Source: a virus. Taken from it: a DNA stretch of 64,000 nucleotides. Of the stretch, positions 35,488 through 45,712 are shown one piece after another. The position numbers were made by a program, and so were the translations under genes. A model generated the notes under the pieces. It ran no database searches. It was given only the letters and a program-made list of their open reading frames with translations, and was not told the origin of the DNA. Positions within the stretch are counted from its first letter, which is position 1. The number at the start of each line of letters is the position of its first letter. The stretch spans positions 32,001 through 96,000 of IMG/VR virus record IMGVR_UViG_3300043449_002688; one strand, written 5' to 3'.

Positions 35488-38400
35488 TTAAGCCAAGAAC
35501 TTTTTCACATCAGCTCGCATTGTAGCCGTAGTAGCGCCAGAAGTATATTTTACTTCTACGTTAGCTCCGTTAACCGCTGCAGTAAACGAAATTCCAAGAT
35601 CTGCACTATCGGCAAAGGTATCTACAACAGTAACGTCTGTACCGTTTGTAGCTACACGAAGAGTACCGATACGAACAGCACCAGCAGAATCTTTCATTTT
35701 GTAAGTAATTTCAACACCTTCTACGCTTGCATGTGCAAAAGTAAAGCTTGAAATAACTGCATTAGTTTGGCTGGCTGAAAGAGAAACACCATGAATGTAT
35801 TCTTCTTCAACAAAACCTGTTTTAGAGGCTTGCTTAGCCCGCTTAACAGAGTTTTGACCTGCCAACATAATGTCACTAGAAACGCCTTCGATATCGTTTC
35901 CGTTAACATCAAGATCTCCGCCAAGTTGAGGAGCCGCATCGTCAACGACAGCATTTAGCTTGCCATCCAACTGTTCTTGAACGTTTGAGTCAAGGCCAGT
36001 AAGGTAGCCAAGTTCAGTAGCCGTAACTGTAGAAGCAATTACTACTCCGCTTGCATCGCTAACAAGAGCTTTGCTGGCAGTAAGAGCTGCCATCTTAGAG
36101 AAGGCAATGCCTGCGCTAGCAGAAACTTGCGTATTAGTAATCCCACCATCAGCAACTTTAACACCCGTTCCTGATTTAGAAAGTGTAGAACCGTCAAGCT
36201 TTAAGCTAAGTTGAGCTGCAGAAGCTCCCGAATCGCTTGTACCATCAACAGTAAGATGTAAGCCTGAAGAAGTATAAAGATCGATACCAATTTCATCGGT
36301 AGGAAGTTCTTTAATACCTGCGCCAACCATTACGTTGAGAGTATTGCCATCCCACTGCAAGCCTGTACCTGCATTAGTAGCACCAGGACCACCAAATTCT
36401 ACCCACTCTGTTCCGTTGTAATCGTAAGAATGGCCAAAATGCGAAGAATTGTCATTATCAACATAAACCGCTTGGTTATTAACTGGAGCAGTAAAGCTGT
36501 AAACAATCGCACCGACTGTAGCATTAGTGATTTCTGCAATTTGATCGTCTTTACCAAGCAAACCACCTTGGGCAGCACCAATGTTAAGGTACATGCTGAC
36601 ACCAAAACGGTCGCCAATAGCTACTGGACGATCAAACAAATCTATCCAAGTAGATCCGCTCCAATAAAGAGCGTGTCCTGCTTTTCCAGACCAATCGCCT
36701 GTAGGAGAAACGCCGACAATGTAAACCGCTTTTGTAACAGGAATTCCAGGAGGAGTAGACAAGCTATCGTCATACAAGTTTGGATCTGCAATAGGTCGCA
36801 ACCAAACTGCACCACTAATCAATGCATCAACATAAGATTTGCGAACAGCATCGCCATCATTAACTGGAGCTGCTAGGTTGATAGGAAGATAACTTCCACC
36901 AAAATTTAAATCTCCAGTCATCGTGTCGCCAGCTTTGCTGACTTTAGTGCTAATATCAGAAGCTAAGCTTGCTTCAGCAGATTGAGCACGAGATGTTTCA
37001 GAAGAAACTTTAGTATCAAGTGAGCTATCAGCAGATACTCTTGCAGATGCCTCAGAAGAAATGCTAGTTGCCAGCGAAGACTCTGCAGCTTGAGCACGAG
37101 ATACTTCAGTAGAAAGGTCAGAAACTGTAGAAGAAATTGCAGAAGCTAATGAACTGTCAGCAGAAGTACGTACAGATACTTCAGTAGAAAGATCTCCAGC
37201 TACGTTAGCAATTGATCCAGCAAGTGAGCTATCAGCAGAAGTAAGTGCAGATACTTCAGTAGAAATTTTAGCATCTAAACTTGCATCAGCAGAAATTCTT
37301 GCAGAAGCTTCTGCAGAAACTGCAGCAGTTGCTTCAGTAGAAATTAAAGTAGCTAATGAACTTTCAGCAGATAAAGCACGAGATGTTTCAGTAGAAACTT
37401 TGCTATCTAAACTTGCATCAGCAGAGACTCTTGCAGATTCTTCTGAAGAAACGGCAGTAGTTAAACTAGACTCTGCAGCAGAAGCACGAGATGTTTCAGT
37501 AGAAATTTTAGTATCAAGTGAACTATCTGCAGATACTCGTGCAGATGTTTCAGAAGAAACGGCAGTAGTTAAACTAGACTCTGCAGCAGAAGCACGAGAC
37601 GTTTCAGCAGAAACTTTAGAATCTAAGCTTGCATCGGCAGATACTCTTGCAGAAGTTTCAGCAGAAGCCGCAGTAGCTAAGCTAGATTCCGCAGCAGAAG
37701 CACGAGATGTTTCAGTAGAAATTTTAGTATCAAGCGAGCTGTCTGCAGCGATTCGTGCAGATGCTTCAGAAGAAACAGAAGTAGAAACTAAAGTAGCAAG
37801 TGAGCTGTCTGCAGAAGCTCTAACGCTTTCTTCTGTAGAAATGCGAGTAGTTAAGCTAGAGTCAGCAGAAACTCGTGCAGATTCTTCTGCAGAGATCATA
37901 GTAGCTAAGCTTTCGTCTGCAAAAAGTCGTGTAGAAGCTTCAGAAGAAATTTCGCTTGAAAATTTTGTTTCCAAACTTTCATCAGCAAAAATACGATTAG
38001 AAGTTTCCGCAGAAAGTTTAGTACCTAAGCTTTCATCTGCAGAAATTCGTGCAGAGGCTTCAGCAGAAACTGCAGCAGTTGCTTCACTTGAAATAAGAGA
38101 AGCAAGAGAAGCTTCACCTGAAACTCGCGCAGATGCTTCAGCAGAAACTGCAGTAGCTAAGCTAGATTCTGCAGAAGAAGCACGAGATGTTTCAGTAGAA
38201 ATTTTGCTATCTAAACTTGAATCAGCAGAAACTCTAGTAGATGTTTCGCTTGAAACTTTAGAATCAAGTGAAGATTCCGCAGCAGATGCGCGAGAAGTTT
38301 CCGCAGAAATTTTAGTATCAAGTGAACTATCAGCAGCAATTCGTGCAGATGCTTCAGAAGAAATCTCACCACTTACATAGGCTTTAACAGCAGATACTGA

Positions 38401-38604
38401 TGGCGCTTTATCTGTTTCATTTCCAGATAAAGTATTTACAACGGTATTCAACCCAACTTCTTCAAATTGAGCGTTCGTAACATTGTACATGTAATACTTA
38501 GCTGTAACAGTGTTATAATAAATATAACCAGCCTGTGGATTAGAAGGGGCAGAAGCAAGTTTACCGATTTGCAACGCTCCCGAAATTTTGAAAATATTGT
38601 TCAT
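35488..38604 (-). CDS. Long tail fibre-like virion protein with about 25 18-residue coiled-coil repeats
   Basis: SAETSRASAAESSLATA/VSADSSLDTKI repeats; GDTMTGDL, DAVRKSYVD, PQLGGDLDVNG motifs common in phage fibres. Confidence 0.75.
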   Translation of the reverse strand: MNNIFKISGALQIGKLASAPSNPQAGYIYYNTVTAKYYMYNVTNAQFEEVGLNTVVNTLSGNETDKAPSVSAVKAYVSGEISSEASARIAADSSLDTKISAETSRASAAESSLDSKVSSETSTRVSADSSLDSKISTETSRASSAESSLATAVSAEASARVSGEASLASLISSEATAAVSAEASARISADESLGTKLSAETSNRIFADESLETKFSSEISSEASTRLFADESLATMISAEESARVSADSSLTTRISTEESVRASADSSLATLVSTSVSSEASARIAADSSLDTKISTETSRASAAESSLATAASAETSARVSADASLDSKVSAETSRASAAESSLTTAVSSETSARVSADSSLDTKISTETSRASAAESSLTTAVSSEESARVSADASLDSKVSTETSRALSAESSLATLISTEATAAVSAEASARISADASLDAKISTEVSALTSADSSLAGSIANVAGDLSTEVSVRTSADSSLASAISSTVSDLSTEVSRAQAAESSLATSISSEASARVSADSSLDTKVSSETSRAQSAEASLASDISTKVSKAGDTMTGDLNFGGSYLPINLAAPVNDGDAVRKSYVDALISGAVWLRPIADPNLYDDSLSTPPGIPVTKAVYIVGVSPTGDWSGKAGHALYWSGSTWIDLFDRPVAIGDRFGVSMYLNIGAAQGGLLGKDDQIAEITNATVGAIVYSFTAPVNNQAVYVDNDNSSHFGHSYDYNGTEWVEFGGPGATNAGTGLQWDGNTLNVMVGAGIKELPTDEIGIDLYTSSGLHLTVDGTSDSGASAAQLSLKLDGSTLSKSGTGVKVADGGITNTQVSASAGIAFSKMAALTASKALVSDASGVVIASTVTATELGYLTGLDSNVQEQLDGKLNAVVDDAAPQLGGDLDVNGNDIEGVSSDIMLAGQNSVKRAKQASKTGFVEEEYIHGVSLSASQTNAVISSFTFAHASVEGVEITYKMKDSAGAVRIGTLRVATNGTDVTVVDTFADSADLGISFTAAVNGANVEVKYTSGATTATMRADVKKFLA

Positions 38605-38685
38605 TTCGATCTCCTTAGTTCAAAGCCAATAGGCTGTCTTTTTTAATTTACAAATTAAAATACAGATTAACTGTTTATGTTCAAT

Positions 38686-38697
38686 AGATTAGGGTTA
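38686..38697 (-). promoter_or_regulatory. Late-promoter-like motif
   Basis: TAACCCTAATCT upstream of ATG 38604. Confidence 0.65.
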
Positions 38698-40527
38698 TTA
38701 AGACCATTTTCTGGCAGAAAATTTAAAAATTCCGTTTGCGCCAGTTAAAGTAGAAGTATAAACTATTTCTACGTTTAATCCGGAAACTTGAGCTTGAAAA
38801 TTTACGCCTGAAAAAGCTGTTTCGGTATAATCGTCGTTAAATCCGACATTTGTACCGTCATTTGTTATAAGAAAGCGTCCAACTCGATAAATACCGCTTT
38901 TTTGTAAAGAATATTCAACAATTACAAAGCGATGCAAAGATTTATTAAAAGAAATTAAACTTTGCCAAGAGCTTTGATCGTCATTAACTAATAAAGGCAA
39001 ACTTAAAACTTCATATTTTAAAAGCCCTAACCCAAGTTCTTTTTCGCCAGAATCCCAAGTTAAGTCAGCATCGCCAGCCAAAGCGTCTAAGTTATTGAAT
39101 TGTATAGAAGAATTTGGCCCTGAAGCACCTGTAGCTCCAGCTCCAATTGCGTTTTGAATTATGCTTGATTGAGTTATAGGCTCAATAGTTCCGCCAACAT
39201 TTGAAAGCAAAACTTGCCCTAACTGTATAGAATTAGGAGCATATGGCGCTTTTAAGGTTGTAGAATCGGCTGTAGCCGGAAGAATATTTAAAGTTAAAGG
39301 TATTTCATTATCTAAATTAGCTGCTCCTGGAACTAACGAAACTGAATACCATCTAGAAAAACCGTCTAAAATTAAAGTGTTAGGCGCAGTAAAGGTAGAA
39401 AGTAAAGTCACGCCTGAGTAATCAAAAATTTCGCCAGTATTCCAATTAATTTTAGCCCCATCAAAAGATACATCTAAGTTTTTGACAGACAAAGATCTTT
39501 GAGTTTGATCAATCGCAATTTTATTTGCTGGAGTAATAAAAGTAAATTCAGTAAAACCAGATGGAGTAAGAGCTTTTTCAGCTAAAATTCTAAGCTGTCC
39601 TTCTTTGTCTTTCCAATCCGTTGCCCCAATAATGGAAAGATTTTCTACCGAAATTCCTTCTCCTAAAGATTTAATTTGATTTTCAGACAATTTATCGCCA
39701 GTACAAAGAATAAGATCTGTGCCAGTATTTGTTGCAATAACAAAAGAATCTAAAGGAAGGCTAGTTTCAATTGGTACGTTTAGCGGCGTTAGAGTTTGAA
39801 TAGTGTTAGTTCTATTTAGAACAACGTAAAGAATTTCATTTGCGTCAATAGTATAGGCTGAAGCTTCAATTTTATTTGCCGCTAAAGGCAAACCAGGAAT
39901 GTTAACGTAAGAATCATTTTCAAAGATTAAATTATTGTTTTGATAAAAAACTTTTCCGTCGCCAACAAGTTTTAAATTAAAATTTTGATTATCGTATCCT
40001 CGAACAAAAGTATCTAAAGATCCTTTGTCTCCAGAAATTAACGGCAATCTGTTATTGATAATAACAGTAGTTCCAATACAGCGAGCTAAAATAAGTCTGT
40101 CTGAATTAAAAGTTAAAGCATTAATGTTAGAAATAGCAGGAGTTAAAGTAGTCGGAGTAGCCGTTCTGTTTACGTCTACATAAACTACTTCCCCATCTAA
40201 AAGAGTGAAAGTGTTTGGTTCAATTTTATTAGAAGTTTTAGGTAAGCCTGGAAGCTGTATATAGGCGTCTTGAGAAAAAGATAATTCACTTGCAGGATTA
40301 TTAAGAGTATTATCCCAAACCCCGCCTTCTGTTAATAGAGCATTTTTATCTTGAAAAGGTAAAGTTGATTCACCAATAACTGTCCAAGTTGGTGCTGAGT
40401 TAATGCAAAGTTTTAGTGCATTAATCGAAGTATTATAATAAATTTCGCCAACTTTTCCAGTAGCAGGATCTGCATTAAGCTTTGGGTAAAGCCTAATCAT
40501 TTCAAAATGTTTCGATGGGTTTGACAT
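38698..40527 (-). CDS. Virion structural/fibre-associated protein
   Basis: Shares N-terminal GEIYYN and C-terminal module with neighbours; internal duplication. Confidence 0.6.
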   Translation of the reverse strand: MSNPSKHFEMIRLYPKLNADPATGKVGEIYYNTSINALKLCINSAPTWTVIGESTLPFQDKNALLTEGGVWDNTLNNPASELSFSQDAYIQLPGLPKTSNKIEPNTFTLLDGEVVYVDVNRTATPTTLTPAISNINALTFNSDRLILARCIGTTVIINNRLPLISGDKGSLDTFVRGYDNQNFNLKLVGDGKVFYQNNNLIFENDSYVNIPGLPLAANKIEASAYTIDANEILYVVLNRTNTIQTLTPLNVPIETSLPLDSFVIATNTGTDLILCTGDKLSENQIKSLGEGISVENLSIIGATDWKDKEGQLRILAEKALTPSGFTEFTFITPANKIAIDQTQRSLSVKNLDVSFDGAKINWNTGEIFDYSGVTLLSTFTAPNTLILDGFSRWYSVSLVPGAANLDNEIPLTLNILPATADSTTLKAPYAPNSIQLGQVLLSNVGGTIEPITQSSIIQNAIGAGATGASGPNSSIQFNNLDALAGDADLTWDSGEKELGLGLLKYEVLSLPLLVNDDQSSWQSLISFNKSLHRFVIVEYSLQKSGIYRVGRFLITNDGTNVGFNDDYTETAFSGVNFQAQVSGLNVEIVYTSTLTGANGIFKFSARKWS

Positions 40528-40554
40528 AATAGTTCCTATATTTAATTAGTTTTA

Positions 40555-40566
40555 AGATTAGGGTTA
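40555..40566 (-). promoter_or_regulatory. Late-promoter-like motif
   Basis: TAACCCTAATCT upstream of ATG 40527. Confidence 0.65.
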
Positions 40567-40572
40567 AACACA

Positions 40573-41712
40573 CTAATCATTTGTTGCTACTGTAATGGTT
40601 TTTGAGCCAGCAACTCCAGGGTTGCCATTTATGCCATCGAAGGCTGCCACTCCTCCATTAACATTGGCTCCTTTAATTCCTCCAATGCCGCCCTCTCCCC
40701 GATTTACTAAAATATTTGATAAAGATATAAATTGATAGCGAGTTTTGATTTCGATCTTCCCACCACTGCCGCCAGAGCCACCACCGCCGCCGCCGCCTCC
40801 GCCGCCAACGCCAACATTGCCAAATTTACCAGCATTACCGCCATTCCCGCCATTAAATCCATTTTGTCCTGAAAAATTAAAAATACCGTTACCAAAAACA
40901 ACTCTTGATTTAAGATACATAGCAAGCCCATGTTTTCCTCTCATTCCACCACCACCGCCGCCGCCCATACCAAGACCGCGATATGTTGGAAAATAATTCT
41001 CATAATTCCCAGGACCTGCACCCCCGCCGCTACCGCCGCCATCTCCACCTCGGCCTTTTATCATTCCAGTTATTATGCTTCCAGATGTAGTAAAGCTTAC
41101 GGATGTTCCATTAGCTCCAGCTCCTTTAGTAAAATTACCTGTACCTCCAGAAATATTACCGCCAGTATTAGAAGTAGTTGGATAACCATTTCCGTTATTA
41201 AAACCGCCATCTCCGTTAATACCGCCAGTAGTCGTATCGGAACCTTCTCCCCCGCCACCACCACCGCCGAATCCATTAGTTCCGGCTCCACCTGTACCAA
41301 CGAAAGCAATATTGTCTGTTCCACCTTTTCCTCCTGCTCCGCCCAATGGCTGAGCAATAGAGTAAGAAACAGTAAAATTCGGAGGATATAAGCTATTAGA
41401 AGGAAAAGCCGTTGTTTTAGACCAAGTTCCAGCCAAACTAACAGTTTGTTGTACTGCTAAGTCAGAAATTTGCCCAATCACAGTGCCTTCGTTTGTAAAT
41501 TTATCTCGACATCCAACAATTACAGGTGTCCTGTTATTTATATTACTTGGATCGTCTACCTTTAATGTTCCACCAGCATTTATAGTTATATTACGATAAT
41601 CGTAAATTGTACCTGGAGTTAAAAGTACAGTTTGCCCGCTATTAACAACTAAATCACCGCCTGTACCAAAAGGCCATCTTGTATTTTGAAAATTAGCAAA
41701 AGGAACCATCAT
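40573..41712 (-). CDS. Glycine-rich virion protein
   Basis: Multiple poly-Gly tracts typical of tail-tip proteins. Confidence 0.7.
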   Translation of the reverse strand: MMVPFANFQNTRWPFGTGGDLVVNSGQTVLLTPGTIYDYRNITINAGGTLKVDDPSNINNRTPVIVGCRDKFTNEGTVIGQISDLAVQQTVSLAGTWSKTTAFPSNSLYPPNFTVSYSIAQPLGGAGGKGGTDNIAFVGTGGAGTNGFGGGGGGGEGSDTTTGGINGDGGFNNGNGYPTTSNTGGNISGGTGNFTKGAGANGTSVSFTTSGSIITGMIKGRGGDGGGSGGGAGPGNYENYFPTYRGLGMGGGGGGGMRGKHGLAMYLKSRVVFGNGIFNFSGQNGFNGGNGGNAGKFGNVGVGGGGGGGGGGSGGSGGKIEIKTRYQFISLSNILVNRGEGGIGGIKGANVNGGVAAFDGINGNPGVAGSKTITVATND

Positions 41713-41714
41713 AA

Positions 41715-42059
41715 TTATGCCATTCCATCTACTACAGTTACATAAGTTTTGTTGTTAATTCTAATAAAAGTATAAATATTTTCCTTACCAGAATTAATTG
41801 CATTAACATAATAAGCTGATACTAAAGTAGGAAAATCAACTGTTATTGTGCTAGCAGAAGTATTTTTGATAGCCAAAATAATCATTTGCCCTTCAATTAA
41901 ATTAGCAAAAGTATAAGTTTTATTGGCGTTAATTTCATTGTAAAAAATAGTATTAACGTCCCAGTCTATAACCGTTCCAGTCTCTAAGTTAGTTGGAACT
42001 TTATAAGCATTATTTACATCTCTGCCTAATGCATTTGTATCGCCAGCAATTTTTGGCAT
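41715..42059 (-). CDS. Small beta-rich structural protein
   Basis: GGAG RBS; within structural operon. Confidence 0.6.
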   Translation of the reverse strand: MPKIAGDTNALGRDVNNAYKVPTNLETGTVIDWDVNTIFYNEINANKTYTFANLIEGQMIILAIKNTSASTITVDFPTLVSAYYVNAINSGKENIYTFIRINNKTYVTVVDGMA

Positions 42060-42068
42060 AAATACTCC

Positions 42069-45000
42069 TTAATCTTCAAATAAGCTGTCTACGTCAGCGT
42101 TATCAGTATAGCCATTAACATAATTAATGGCAGTTCTTTGCTGAGCCGTTAAAACGCCCTTAAACCAAGACTCATAAATACGGCAATTATTTGCTTCGAC
42201 TCTAATACCAGTAACATTTGCTGCCGAAATAAAGGTAGAACCATCAGCAAAAATAGAAGTAAATTTACTAAGTCCAGTTGTAGATTTATAGCTTATAAAT
42301 GCTCCACCTAAAAGTATATTTAAAGCATTTTCTAATACTGGATTGCCACTTCCAGCTTGAAAAGCAATAGCGCTTAAAGTTGATGCAATTTTATTTCCAT
42401 CAACTGCATTAATCATAAAAGAATTGTCGGCATTTGTATCGCTAGAAATTCTAGCCAAACGGTTTCTACCTGTTGCACCACCATAATTTGTAAATGCCCC
42501 GCCGACATAAATATTGTTGCTTGAATCAGCAGCAATAGTTCGAACAGAGCCATTAAATTTGTTATCATAAGTATTAACAGGCGTAAGAGAAATTAGATCT
42601 AAGGCAGTAAAGTAACTTCGAGTAGAAACTCCACCAAAGTTAGTAAAATCTCCGCCAATTAAAAGTTTATTATCAGCTATTTTCAAAGACCTAATTGTAT
42701 TATTAACTGCCCCCACTAATGAAGGTTGTTCTGTAGAAAAGGTTCCATCACTTTTAAGAGCCAACAGCTTGCTATTGTTGGCAGCTCTATAATTAGTAAA
42801 ATCTCCACCAATAAAAAGATCAGAGCTAGGACTAGTTGTTTTAGTTAAAATAGAAAAAATAGAATTATTAAAAGCGCCTTCGCTAGAAAAACTATAAGTT
42901 GTTGACAAAACAGAACCAATATTACCAGCATTAACATGAATAAAGCTTTGAGCCATCGAAGTAGTGATAGAAGAATTGGCCTGTATTCTTGTAGTAAAAA
43001 TAGTTCTTAAACTATTTCCTAAAATTAAATATCTTAATCCATTTGTATCGCTAATAATTAAATTATCGGTCGAAACATCTCTGCTAATTCTATCAGGAGA
43101 TGAAAAAGTAGCCGTTCCAAGTCCAGGAATATTATCTACCAAATTTCCATCTTGCCAAGAGCTTTGTCCATTGCCCGCCAACCAACCAGCAACTCCAGTT
43201 CCACTAGCAGGTACGGTTACTGTCCTAATCCGATTGTTAGTTTTGTCGGCTACATATAGAGTGCTTTCGTTTTGGCTTAAGCAAACATCGTAAGGGCCAT
43301 TAAATTGATAAATAGGGGCAGTAGAGCCTCCATTTGTATAACCAGAGGTACTCCCAGCAAGCAAACTAACTGTGCTAGTAGCTGCAGTAGCTCCAATTAA
43401 TATTCTTCTAATTCGATTATTAAATGTATCAGCAATATATAGCTTAGCATTTGCAGAATCTATACAAATTCCATAAGGTTCCTTAAAGGTAGCAACGTTC
43501 CCTGCTCCATCGGCATATACAACACTTCCAGTTCCTGCAATCAAACTAGTTGTTGTAGTTCCATCAGTTGGAACTTTTCTAATTCTATGGTTTGCTGTAT
43601 CAGCGACATATAAATTAGTGTTAGTTGAATCTATACAAATACCACTAGCAAAATTAAATCTTGCAGAAGAACCTATGCCTTCTTGATATGTAGGTGAATT
43701 TGTTACACCAGGTGCTCGTCCGGCCAAAGTAGAAACAACGCCGGAAGAAATAATTACCTTTCTAATAACACTATTTCCTGAATCGGCAACATATAAGTTA
43801 GTTCCGGTAGAATCTATACAAATGTCCCAAATATCGCCAAATCTTGCAGAAGATCCGGTAGCATTTATATAATCAATAGCTCCAATTTCTCCAGCTAAAA
43901 CAGAGCAGGTTCCATATTTTGTCATTTTTAAAATAGCATTTGGTGTTGCAATAAATAAAGATCCGTCTACCGGACTTCTAATTGCTTTTCTAATAGTGTT
44001 ATTTACAGTGCTAAAGCTATCGGGATATATATGAGTAAATCTTCCGCCGACATAAGCAGTTCCATCGCTCAATGTAGAAATTGCATTAATAATATTGCTA
44101 GGAGTAAGTTGTATGCCTGCTGCAGTAGTAGTTATAAATGGTTTTATTTTATAAGATACGCTAGCATTAAATGTGCTATTAGGAACACCTGTAGTAGAAA
44201 TTTTAATTAAATAATCTGATGCATTTATACCGTTATAATTAGTAAAATCTCCACCAACTAAAATATTATTTGTTGAGTCCAAAGCTAGTTTAGTAACTTG
44301 GCCATTTAATTTATTATCTACCGCATTTTGGCAAAATACTGTATCTAAAGTACCGTTTGCGTTAAATTTAACTAAAAAACTTCTTCCAATTGTGCCGTTG
44401 TAATCAGTAAAAGATCCGCCAACTACAACTGAACCATCTAATAAAGGCAAAATATCGTTTACTGTTCCATTTGCAAATTTATTACTAATAGAAGAATTAG
44501 CATTGTAAGTAGTCATTAAATCCACTGCAGGCCGATCTTCAGAATCAACAACATTTATAAACACGTTTCTGACTTTAGCTCGTTTACCTCCATTCATGTG
44601 AATAGCATTTCCAGTCCAATCAGATGCTGTAATAATAGAAAAATCTTTTAATTCTGCATTTTCTTGCAATTCAAAACTACCACCATTTAGCAAAGTTATG
44701 GCAGTTTTTTTGCCTCGACCTAAAATAGTAATATTTGGTCCTACAGTTATTTTTTCGTCAATATTAAAAGGTTGTGCAGGATCTTTCACTAAAAGAATAA
44801 CGCCGCCGCCAACTCCGTTTAGGTTTGCAATCGCAGTTTTTAATCCCAATTGGCTTTCAACGAAATATTCAGGAATAGGAGTAATGCCATCGGTTAATAC
44901 AGCGCCAAGAGGCGATTCAGTATTTGCAGGCCAAGTAATTCCATGTGGAATCCAATGAATACTAGAGCCGCTTCTGTAAGCCACAGGAATATAATAAGTA

Positions 45001-45524
45001 GTAGATGTACTGCCATTAACTGGACTTACCAACTGAGGCATTCCGCCAGTTGTTGAATTTATTTTTCTTAAAGTTTTACCGAAAACACTAGAATTGCCGC
45101 CTACGCCATTTTCAATAATTATATTGTTAGATGTTAAATTTGCTGGATCAATTTCTAAATAAATCAATTCATTATCGGCTAAACTAATTGAATTAAATTC
45201 CGTGGTAGTATTTGCAGTTCCACCAATCATTTGCAAAGAAATTTTTCTATGCGTAGCATGGTCTGTTTGAAGAATATCAACAACCATATTAATACCAACG
45301 CCTAATTTAATATTACCTAAAGCATCCCAATTAACTGAACCAGTAGATCTTAAAAAGAAATTTTGCCTTCTTAAAAGATCGGCAGTAACTTTTAAAAGCT
45401 GTTCTGTAACTCTAAGCGCTGAGTCGTGAATAGGGGAATCCAACAAAGGTGAGGGAGTATCCATAGAAATTTCAGAAAGCTTAGTGCTGCCAATATTTGT
45501 TGGAGTTGGATTTTTATAACTCAT
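42069..45524 (-). CDS. Tail-associated protein with beta-helix, delta-60-like and NHL beta-propeller repeats
   Basis: VGGxFTxY repeats flanking LYVADxxNxxIR NHL repeats. Confidence 0.75.
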   Translation of the reverse strand: MSYKNPTPTNIGSTKLSEISMDTPSPLLDSPIHDSALRVTEQLLKVTADLLRRQNFFLRSTGSVNWDALGNIKLGVGINMVVDILQTDHATHRKISLQMIGGTANTTTEFNSISLADNELIYLEIDPANLTSNNIIIENGVGGNSSVFGKTLRKINSTTGGMPQLVSPVNGSTSTTYYIPVAYRSGSSIHWIPHGITWPANTESPLGAVLTDGITPIPEYFVESQLGLKTAIANLNGVGGGVILLVKDPAQPFNIDEKITVGPNITILGRGKKTAITLLNGGSFELQENAELKDFSIITASDWTGNAIHMNGGKRAKVRNVFINVVDSEDRPAVDLMTTYNANSSISNKFANGTVNDILPLLDGSVVVGGSFTDYNGTIGRSFLVKFNANGTLDTVFCQNAVDNKLNGQVTKLALDSTNNILVGGDFTNYNGINASDYLIKISTTGVPNSTFNASVSYKIKPFITTTAAGIQLTPSNIINAISTLSDGTAYVGGRFTHIYPDSFSTVNNTIRKAIRSPVDGSLFIATPNAILKMTKYGTCSVLAGEIGAIDYINATGSSARFGDIWDICIDSTGTNLYVADSGNSVIRKVIISSGVVSTLAGRAPGVTNSPTYQEGIGSSARFNFASGICIDSTNTNLYVADTANHRIRKVPTDGTTTTSLIAGTGSVVYADGAGNVATFKEPYGICIDSANAKLYIADTFNNRIRRILIGATAATSTVSLLAGSTSGYTNGGSTAPIYQFNGPYDVCLSQNESTLYVADKTNNRIRTVTVPASGTGVAGWLAGNGQSSWQDGNLVDNIPGLGTATFSSPDRISRDVSTDNLIISDTNGLRYLILGNSLRTIFTTRIQANSSITTSMAQSFIHVNAGNIGSVLSTTYSFSSEGAFNNSIFSILTKTTSPSSDLFIGGDFTNYRAANNSKLLALKSDGTFSTEQPSLVGAVNNTIRSLKIADNKLLIGGDFTNFGGVSTRSYFTALDLISLTPVNTYDNKFNGSVRTIAADSSNNIYVGGAFTNYGGATGRNRLARISSDTNADNSFMINAVDGNKIASTLSAIAFQAGSGNPVLENALNILLGGAFISYKSTTGLSKFTSIFADGSTFISAANVTGIRVEANNCRIYESWFKGVLTAQQRTAINYVNGYTDNADVDSLFED

Positions 45525-45709
45525 TATTCTTCCCTCTTACCACATTTACATTTTTTATTTTGACAAAAATTTAATTCTTTTTTAGGTTCAGTATTTAATA
45601 TTAAACTAGGAATTGAACGTAAAGCCTCTAGCTCTTTAATTCTTAAATCTTTTAATTCTAAAAGTTTTGTTAATTCAACTATTTGTTCTCTTAAAAGATG
45701 CTCATTCAT
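45524..45709 (-). CDS. Hypothetical protein
   Basis: TAATG overlap with next gene. Confidence 0.55.
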   Translation of the reverse strand: MNEHLLREQIVELTKLLELKDLRIKELEALRSIPSLILNTEPKKELNFCQNKKCKCGKREE

Positions 45710-45712
45710 AGA

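Noticed and set aside
37400-38380. 326-aa + strand ORF (also 33256-33585)
   Set aside because: Antisense shadow of Ser/Ala-rich repeat codons in the fibre genes
32628-38604. CRISPR array or DGR template/variable repeats
   Set aside because: Repeats are in-frame coding units with no unique spacers; no evident adenine-specific variation and no reverse transcriptase in the window
40745-41391. Pro-rich and Thr/Ser-rich + strand ORFs
   Set aside because: Antisense to poly-Gly codons
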